A stretch of 64,000 nt of DNA from an uncultured Gammaproteobacteria bacterium. Lineage in GTDB: Bacteria > Patescibacteriota > Patescibacteriia > HK-STAS-PATE-3. The translations under genes and the position numbers were made by a program. The notes below the pieces were generated by a model. That model saw only the letters and a program-made list of their open reading frames with translations, had not been told where the DNA came from and did no database searches. Below, in pieces: positions 57,642 through 64,000 of the stretch (the first letter of the stretch is position 1; every line of letters begins with the position of its first letter). Where the stretch lies: the NCBI GenBank assembly GCA_964637345.1, contig CAZWTD010000002.1, forward strand, positions 6,426 to 70,425, given 5' to 3'.

Positions 57642-58739
57642 ATGTCGTCGCGGTTTATTGCCAGCCTCGGTCTTTGCAGCCTCCTCTTCGTTGGAGGTCT
57701 GCTGGCTATTCATCTCGGCGTTGAGGTAATTGCGACGAAAGCCCCGGAGCCGCCGCCGCTTTTGCGCGACCCCCACCCCGAAGAAGCCGAACTCGAAGTT
57801 CCTGAGCCAAGCGCGTTAACCTTTGCGGCGGCCGGCGATATTATGCTCGCCCGGACGGTTGATACGAAGATGGAGCAGAAGGGGATGGCCTATCCTTTTG
57901 AGAAGATGCGGGACTATCTCGATTCAGTGGATTTCGCGTTCGCCAACCTCGAATGCCCGATCGTCGAAGGCCGCGACGTTGAAGCGAATGAGATGGTTTT
58001 CCGGGCTGATCCCGGGGTTGAGGCGGAATTGGCACGCGCAGGATTCAGCGTTGTTTCGCTCGCGAATAATCATAGTCCGAACTTTGGCGCGGCAGGGCTC
58101 CGGAGCACTTTTGCTCTTCTCGATCAGGCGCGGATCGCCTACGCCGGCGCCGGCGAGGACGCGAGCTCCGCACGCCAGCCCGTTCTTCTCGAACAAAAGG
58201 GAATACGACTGGCTTTTCTCGCCTACAACGATACGGACGTTGTTCCGGATTCCTATGCCGCCGGAGCTGATCGCCCCGGAACCGTGTTCATGGACATTGA
58301 ACCGATGCGTCAGGACGTCGCGTCCGCGAGCGAGCTCGCCGATCTCGTGATTGTTTCGATGCACTCGGGTACTGAATACGAATTTACGCCGAACCCGCGG
58401 CAGGAAGCTTTTGCCCGGGCCGCGATCGACGCCGGCGCCGAGCTCGTGATCGGCCACCATCCGCACGTTGTGCAAACGGTTGAGCGTTATCAGGGAAAGT
58501 ACATTCTCTACAGCCTCGGGAATTTTATCTTCGACCAGATGTGGTCGCGCGAAACCCGCGAGGGAATGGTCGCCTCCATTACGCTTACGGCCGAAGGAGT
58601 GCAAGACATTCACTTTCAGCCAGTGGTCATTGACGACTATGCGCAGCCAAGGCCGGCGACAACGGTCGAAGCCGCGCCGATTCTGGATCGCCTCGCGATT
58701 GAGCTTGAGAGTGATGGTTCGCTAACGGAAACCCAATGA
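57642..58739 (+). CDS. CapA family metallophosphoesterase
   Basis: GDIM, NLECP, LANNH, MHSG.E, GHHPH, YSLGNF. Confidence 0.92.
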   Translation: MSSRFIASLGLCSLLFVGGLLAIHLGVEVIATKAPEPPPLLRDPHPEEAELEVPEPSALTFAAAGDIMLARTVDTKMEQKGMAYPFEKMRDYLDSVDFAFANLECPIVEGRDVEANEMVFRADPGVEAELARAGFSVVSLANNHSPNFGAAGLRSTFALLDQARIAYAGAGEDASSARQPVLLEQKGIRLAFLAYNDTDVVPDSYAAGADRPGTVFMDIEPMRQDVASASELADLVIVSMHSGTEYEFTPNPRQEAFARAAIDAGAELVIGHHPHVVQTVERYQGKYILYSLGNFIFDQMWSRETREGMVASITLTAEGVQDIHFQPVVIDDYAQPRPATTVEAAPILDRLAIELESDGSLTETQ

Positions 58740-59356
58740 CCCTTCTTTGTGCAACGCTGAACCCAGGCAAGCTTGTCGAAATTCGAACCCTGCTCGCGGA
58801 TTGCGGCTGGACGATTGGATCAATGCTGGATCGCGGTTTGACGGAACAAGCGAGCGAAGACGCCTCGAGCTTTTCGGAAAATGCGCTTTTGAAAGCCCGC
58901 GCTTTGGCGGAGCAGACGAACGAGTGGGTCATCGCGGACGACAGCGGGATTTGCATCAACGGACTTCAGGATGAACCGGGGGTTCAGAGCGCGCGCTGGG
59001 CCGGGCCGGACGCGAGCGACGATGAACTCCTTGCGTTTGCGCTCAAGCAGGCAGAGTCTCTTTCGGATGAAAATCGCCAGGCTTCTTTTCATTGCGCGGC
59101 GGCGCTCGTTGCTCCCGACGGCCAGGAGTGGGTGTTTGAGGGGCGGGTCGACGGACGGATTCTCCGCGAGCCGCGGGGAGTTGCGAAGCCGAAGCTTGTC
59201 TACGATCGGATTTTCGTTCCGGACGGCGAGACGCGGACCTACGCCGAGATGGCTGAAGCGGATAAGGCGCTCATGAGCCATCGAGCCCAAGCGTTTCAGC
59301 GCGTTCGAACATTTTTACGCATACTCCGCGATGTTGAGGAAAACTCCGGCTCCTAA
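58736..59356 (+). CDS. rdgB: Non-canonical purine NTP pyrophosphatase
   Basis: NPGK, ENALLKA, ADDSG, PGVQSARW, SHR. Confidence 0.9.
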   Translation: MTLLCATLNPGKLVEIRTLLADCGWTIGSMLDRGLTEQASEDASSFSENALLKARALAEQTNEWVIADDSGICINGLQDEPGVQSARWAGPDASDDELLAFALKQAESLSDENRQASFHCAAALVAPDGQEWVFEGRVDGRILREPRGVAKPKLVYDRIFVPDGETRTYAEMAEADKALMSHRAQAFQRVRTFLRILRDVEENSGS

Positions 59357-60212
59357 ATCACGGCTTCGTCTCTTCGCGTTTTTCTTCCTGGTTCTCGCGC
59401 TCGTTTTGCTTGCCTTGGCGTGGTTGTTTTCCCGGTCAGGAGACGAGCCTCAGAATGAGAACGAAGCGCCCGTCACCAATGAAGCTCCAGCGACGAACGC
59501 ATCCCCCTCGGCGAATCGAGCCGTGAACACAAATTCCAGCACGGCGACGAATCAGACAAACGCATCTTCGAATACGAATACGGAAACGCCGAGTCAGGGC
59601 GAGGTCCCGGAGGAAATTTCACGGGTCTCAACGAATGATCGCGTTGTGGTATTCACCTTTGATGCTGGGAGCGGGAATACCTCGGTCAGCGATATTCTCG
59701 ACGCGCTTGAGGCGCAGCAGGTGACCGGAACTTTTTTCCTCACCGGGCGCTGGGCCGAACAGTTCCCCGAGGATGTGCGGGCGATCGCGGACGCGGGGCA
59801 TGAAATCTACAATCACACGTATTCCCATCCGCATCTCCCGGATATGCTGACCGCGGATATCCAGTCAGAGCTTGAACGAACGAACACCTTAATAAAGAAT
59901 TTAACCGGCAAATCAACGAAGCCCTACTTCCGTCCGCCCTACGGAGACCGGAACGACCATGTGCTCGAGGCAGCCTGGGCAGCCGGGTATCAATCGATTT
60001 TTTGGACGGTTGATGCGCTCGATTGGAAGGAAAGCGAGGGCGTAACCGCCGCGCAAGTCCGGGAACGGATATTGACCTCGCTTGAACCGGGAGCGATCTA
60101 CCTCATGCACGTCGGGGATACGATTACCGGAAGCATCCTCGACGGACTGATCGAAGAGGTGCGCGCCTCAGGCTACGAAATTCGTCCCCTCGGCCAGGCC
60201 CTTCGCGAATAG
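59331..60212 (+). CDS. Polysaccharide deacetylase (CE4) on an Asn/Thr stalk
   Basis: TFDAG, NHTYSH, FRPPYG, DW, LMH. Confidence 0.9.
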   Translation: MLRKTPAPKSRLRLFAFFFLVLALVLLALAWLFSRSGDEPQNENEAPVTNEAPATNASPSANRAVNTNSSTATNQTNASSNTNTETPSQGEVPEEISRVSTNDRVVVFTFDAGSGNTSVSDILDALEAQQVTGTFFLTGRWAEQFPEDVRAIADAGHEIYNHTYSHPHLPDMLTADIQSELERTNTLIKNLTGKSTKPYFRPPYGDRNDHVLEAAWAAGYQSIFWTVDALDWKESEGVTAAQVRERILTSLEPGAIYLMHVGDTITGSILDGLIEEVRASGYEIRPLGQALRE

Positions 60213-60248
60213 GGAAGCCCGCCAGCAGGGAATGCTAGCGGGCGGGGA

Positions 60249-60770
60249 CTAGTTCTCGCGGTAGCGGTCGAGCGTTGTTTTTCGGATGTGGAGTCCGCGC
60301 GTATAGACGTGCCTCAAGGTGAGAACCCACATGAGCGGGTTGAGCTCGTCGGGCCGAAAGTTGACGTCGTCCGGGAAGCGGGCGGTAATCTCGATGATGG
60401 CACGGCACTTCACCTCGAAGGCGAGGACGCTTTTGTCGTTGCGTTCGCCTTGCGTGATGGCCAGGATGCGATGACTGACCGCGTTGGCGAGTGTTGCGAT
60501 GCGGTAGAGGCCAACCGGATCCCGCAGGCGGTTCAAGCAGACGCGGTTCAGGGCTTCGGCGAGGTCCGCGTAATCTGCAAATTGCAGTTTTTCGTGGATA
60601 CGCGGAACATTGAGTAGATAGAGCAGTCGCTCACGGTCGCGGGCTCGGTTCAAGATGTGGTCGAGACCGTGGCGCCGCCGGAGAAAGTCGCGGTAGTCCT
60701 GTATCCCGAGATCATCAGTTCGTTTTCGAAAGGTCGTTCGGGCGTAGCTCCTCTTTCGAGCGTCAGCCAT
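60249..60770 (-). CDS. Orphan hypothetical protein
   Basis: SD GAGGAGG; promoter TTGACC-17-TAAGAG; hairpin at 60217-60243. Confidence 0.6.
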   Translation of the reverse strand: MADARKRSYARTTFRKRTDDLGIQDYRDFLRRRHGLDHILNRARDRERLLYLLNVPRIHEKLQFADYADLAEALNRVCLNRLRDPVGLYRIATLANAVSHRILAITQGERNDKSVLAFEVKCRAIIEITARFPDDVNFRPDELNPLMWVLTLRHVYTRGLHIRKTTLDRYREN

Positions 60771-60912
60771 AATCCCTCCTCGGTGAAAGAGCACGATGCT
60801 GATTTTTCTCTTAGCATGGCAACTTTGATCGGTCAACATCACGATCGTTTTTGTCCCCACGCTTTTCCTATGCTATCCTGAACAACCAATACAGACGAAG
60901 GGGGGTGATTCT

Positions 60913-61320
60913 ATGCCTGAAGTGACAATTCAATGGTGGGCGATCCTCGTCGGCGTTGCCTTTAACATGATTCTCGGGTCCTTGTGGTATTCAAAACTCA
61001 TGTTTTGGAAAACCTGGATGGGATTAGTCGGCGTTGACGAAGAGCGGGCAAAGCAGGGTGCGAACAAAGCCATGTTCGGGATGGTCGTCTTGGCCTTCAT
61101 TACCGTTTACGTCATGGCGCACTTCGTAGCCTACACGAAAGCGGACACGATTCTGACCGGTCTGACGACCGGACTTTGGCTCTGGCTCGGTTTTGTTGTT
61201 CCGGTCAAGGGCTCGGAAGTGTTGTTTGCGAAACGCCCCGTCCAACTGTTTCTTATTGATGCGAGTTATCAACTTGTCGCCCTCCTCGGCCTCGGGGTTT
61301 TATTCGCCCTTTGGCAGTAG
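60913..61320 (+). CDS. DUF1761 family membrane protein
   Basis: WWAIL..LGSLWYS..W; four TM helices; FLIDASY. Confidence 0.8.
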   Translation: MPEVTIQWWAILVGVAFNMILGSLWYSKLMFWKTWMGLVGVDEERAKQGANKAMFGMVVLAFITVYVMAHFVAYTKADTILTGLTTGLWLWLGFVVPVKGSEVLFAKRPVQLFLIDASYQLVALLGLGVLFALWQ

Positions 61321-61327
61321 AGACGAA

Positions 61328-61357
61328 ACAAAAACGGTCCGCTCGGGCCGTTTTTGT
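61328..61357 (+). terminator. Terminator
   Basis: ACAAAAACGG / CCGTTTTTGT. Confidence 0.7.
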
Positions 61358-61417
61358 GTTCTTGCTGGACAGGCAAAAAACGGGTAAACTACCAGCACTG
61401 TTTTGTTGCTTTCTGTC

Positions 61418-62368
61418 ATGGCTAGCCTTCTCCTGGTCGAACATCTTACGAAGCACTTCAACGCCTTTCCAGCGATTGAGGATATTACTTTTGACGCGAA
61501 CCGCGGGGAGATTTTCGGTCTTCTCGGTCCGAACGGCGCCGGGAAGACGACGACGTTGCGCGTGATCGCGACTACGCTTGGTCCGACGAGCGGGACCGCG
61601 AGCGTTGAGGGCTTTGATATTGTCCGCGAGCCGGAAGAAGTAAAAAAGCGGATTGGGGTCCTCACAACCGACATCGGAGTCTATGAGCGCTTCTCCGGCC
61701 GGGAGAACCTCCGCTATTTCGGCGAGCTGTATGGGTTGAGCGGGGAAGCGCTTGAGCGCCGGATTGATGAACTCGCCCAGCTGCTCGATATGGCGAGCTT
61801 CCTCGACCGCCGGGCCGGAAAGTATTCGACCGGGATGAAGCAGAAGCTCGCGATCGCCCGTTCCGTCATCCATAATCCCGAGCTCATCATCTTCGACGAA
61901 CCAACCTCGGGTCTTGATGTCCTCGCGTCCCAGACGGTTTTGAATTTTATGAAGCGGATGAAAGGGGAGGGGAAGTGCGTCGTTCTCTCAACCCACCAGA
62001 TGCCGGACGCCGAGCGCCTCTGCGACCGGGTCGGGATTATGCACCAAGGAAAATTGTTGCTTGTTGATTCGGTCCAGGGCGTAAAAGACCAGACGAAGAC
62101 GACGAATCTCGAGGATGCCTTTCTCGCGCTCGTCGGAAGCGGCGCTCTGCCCTCAAGCGAGCGGGCGAAGCCGGCGAAAGCGAAGCCCCGCCTTCGGCCC
62201 CCGTCCCGGAAAACGCTTCGGCTTCTCACCTATGTGTTTATCGCGCTCTTCTTTCTCGCAGAATATGTTCCGGCCCTGAAGTCAGCCGGGTGGGCGAGCT
62301 ACCTCTGTCTCGGGCTGGCGCTCGCGGCCTCCTTAAGCGAGCGATTGTTTCGAAACCGCCTCCGATGA
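61418..62368 (+). CDS. NatA-like ABC ATP-binding protein with C-terminal hydrophobic extension
   Basis: GPNGAGKTT, YSTGMKQK, FDEPTSGLD. Confidence 0.9.
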   Translation: MASLLLVEHLTKHFNAFPAIEDITFDANRGEIFGLLGPNGAGKTTTLRVIATTLGPTSGTASVEGFDIVREPEEVKKRIGVLTTDIGVYERFSGRENLRYFGELYGLSGEALERRIDELAQLLDMASFLDRRAGKYSTGMKQKLAIARSVIHNPELIIFDEPTSGLDVLASQTVLNFMKRMKGEGKCVVLSTHQMPDAERLCDRVGIMHQGKLLLVDSVQGVKDQTKTTNLEDAFLALVGSGALPSSERAKPAKAKPRLRPPSRKTLRLLTYVFIALFFLAEYVPALKSAGWASYLCLGLALAASLSERLFRNRLR

Positions 62369-63579
62369 ATCCCATCCTCACCATCTGGAAGAAAGAGTTA
62401 AAAGACACGATCCGCGATCGTCGGACCTTGATGTCGTCGATTATCCTTCCAATGGTTCTGATGCCGGTCATTATTATCGGGATGGGGAAGCTGACGCTGT
62501 CCCAAATCAAGAGCCTGGAGGAGAAGACGGTGAAGCTCGCGGTCGGGAACGAAGCCGCGGCGCCGGATTTTATGAATACTTTGCGTGCCCTGCCGCGACT
62601 GACGCTCTCAACGCTCGACGGCGATCCAACCGCAGCTGTTCGCGACCAGAAAGTCGACGGTGTTCTTGTGCTCCCGGACGATTTTTCAACAAAGCTCGAA
62701 GCCCGCGTTCCGGTTGAGTTGCCCTTCTACGTGAACTCCTTGAATAACACCTCCTCGACCGCGCTGACCCGCGTGTCTGAAGCTGTGACTGTGTACAATC
62801 AGTCCCTTCTCCTCACTCGCCTCGGGAATCAGGGGATTGGACCAGAGGCGCTGACCGGACTGACGATTAACCGGACCGAGACCGCCACGAGCCAGGAGCT
62901 CGGCGGCTTCGGGCTCGGCTTCCTTCTCCCGCTCTTCATCATCATGTGGGCTTCGATCGGCGGCCAGTATACGGCGGTCGACGTCTCGGCTGGGGAGAAA
63001 GAACGGAAAACGCTTGAGGCGCTCCTCCTCACGCCGGCGCGCCGGCGGGATATTGTTGCCGGGAAATTCCTCGCGGTTGCGACGACCGCGCTCATCTCCG
63101 TCGTGATCGCGCTCACGAGCCTCTATGCCGTTTTCCTCTTCGGCGGCGCTGACCTCTTTACGAGTACGACAACGACCGGCGGGGTTGCGACCTCCTTCGA
63201 TTTCCGGCTTGAACCGGAGGCGATCGGCGTTATGTTCGCGATCAGCGTCCTCCTCGTCGCGGTCTTCTCGGCGATCAACCTCGCGGTCTCGATTTTCGCG
63301 AAGAGTTATAAAGAGGCCCAGAGCTATATCGGCCCCTCCTACCTCGTCGTCATTCTCCCGGTCGTGGCCTTCAACTCGGTTCCGGGCTTCGTTCCCGGGA
63401 CGCCTTTTTTCGCAATTCCTTTCGTCAACGCCGTCCTCCTCTTTAAAGAGGTCTTAGTTGGAACCTATAACCCGGCGCATATTCTCCTCACGGTCGCGGT
63501 CATGATCGTCGTCGCCATCCTCTCGGTTGGCATCGCGAGCCGGATTTATCATAAGGAAGGGGTTTTGTTTAAGGACTAA
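62365..63579 (+). CDS. NatB-like ABC-2 permease
   Basis: KKELKDTIRDRRT, AGEKERKTLEALL, AKSYKEAQ. Confidence 0.9.
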   Translation: MNPILTIWKKELKDTIRDRRTLMSSIILPMVLMPVIIIGMGKLTLSQIKSLEEKTVKLAVGNEAAAPDFMNTLRALPRLTLSTLDGDPTAAVRDQKVDGVLVLPDDFSTKLEARVPVELPFYVNSLNNTSSTALTRVSEAVTVYNQSLLLTRLGNQGIGPEALTGLTINRTETATSQELGGFGLGFLLPLFIIMWASIGGQYTAVDVSAGEKERKTLEALLLTPARRRDIVAGKFLAVATTALISVVIALTSLYAVFLFGGADLFTSTTTTGGVATSFDFRLEPEAIGVMFAISVLLVAVFSAINLAVSIFAKSYKEAQSYIGPSYLVVILPVVAFNSVPGFVPGTPFFAIPFVNAVLLFKEVLVGTYNPAHILLTVAVMIVVAILSVGIASRIYHKEGVLFKD

Positions 63580-63732
63580 AGCAGTTTTGTTGAAGCGGGG
63601 CGTGAGCACGTAGGGCATAGGTTCTAGGTATTGGGTTTGGAGTTGCGAAGGCCCGATAGTATTTGGTTTGACTCCGCAGTACGACCGAGCTACCCTATGA
63701 CCATGGCAAACTGGTGGCAACGAGGTACGACA

Positions 63733-64000
63733 ATGAGCGAGAAAATAACGCTAGACAGCCTGGCCGCTATGGTTAGGAATAGTTCTGAACAGCTGGAAAG
63801 ACTAGCCATGATGGTTAAACAGGGATTTGATCAGGTCGATCAGCGTTTCGCGGCTGTTGACCGACGCTTTGAAGGTATTGAAGGACGCCTTGATCGGCTG
63901 GAGCAGGGTCAAGATGAGGTTCGTATGCGCCTTGACCAGGCGGCCTACCGGTTCGAACTTGTTGAATTGACCCATCGGGTGAAGACGATCGAGAATAAAG
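63733..64000 (+). CDS. Coiled-coil hypothetical protein (runs off window; absent from the ORF track)
   Basis: MSEKITLDSLAAMV..MVKQGFDQVDQRFAAVDRRFEGIEGRLDRLE heptads; no stop before the edge. Confidence 0.7.
   Translation, partial: MSEKITLDSLAAMVRNSSEQLERLAMMVKQGFDQVDQRFAAVDRRFEGIEGRLDRLEQGQDEVRMRLDQAAYRFELVELTHRVKTIENK

Noticed and set aside
33846-58613. Long antisense ORFs (e.g. 33846-34487, 40987-41673, 54684-55307, 57924-58613)
   Set aside because: Essentially fully overlapping well-supported genes on the opposite strand, with no motifs; expected shadows in GC-rich coding DNA.
1-64000. Alternative genetic code (TGA=Gly, code 25)
   Set aside because: Conserved genes are uninterrupted in code 11 and several end in TGA at the expected position (e.g. 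murF, rsmH, rarA).

Overview
A 64 kb chromosomal segment of a reduced-genome bacterium, most consistent with Patescibacteria/CPR (ABY1/Parcubacteria-like). That assignment is inferred from the archaeal-type PyrH, the trimmed dcw cluster, Asn/Thr-rich stalk proteins, VLG-motif surface proteins and many Shine-Dalgarno (SD)-less starts; genetic code 11. Housekeeping content: tRNA-Pro(CGG), rplJ-rplL with L10 leader, mraZ-rsmH-ftsL-ftsI-murF, mltG, uppS/uppP, rarA, mutM, mutY, uvrD/pcrA, lexA, xseAB, dtd, rdgB, a Fur/Zur-ZIP unit and two ABC-2 exporters. No CRISPR, prophage or reverse transcriptase was seen. The most notable unexplained elements are: (1) two tandem promoter-to-hairpin transcription units with no credible ORF at 45390-45886 (candidate small RNAs); (2) a ~205 nt structured, probably 6S-like RNA at 41807-42011 with two cUACGg tetraloops; (3) a sortase locus whose DUF11-repeat substrates carry a composite VLG+LPxTG signal; (4) a translationally coupled pair of apparent pseudo-enzymes (dead asparaginase plus dead NDT-fold/RHH fusion); (5) a TTCGG-N6-TTCGG operator upstream of both lexA and a catalytically altered Y-family polymerase; (6) a RAYT flanked by two inverted REP palindromes; (7) a split between core genes with a -10 box just before the ATG and self-contained orphan cassettes with strong SD. 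All family assignments are by eye from motifs; no searches were run.
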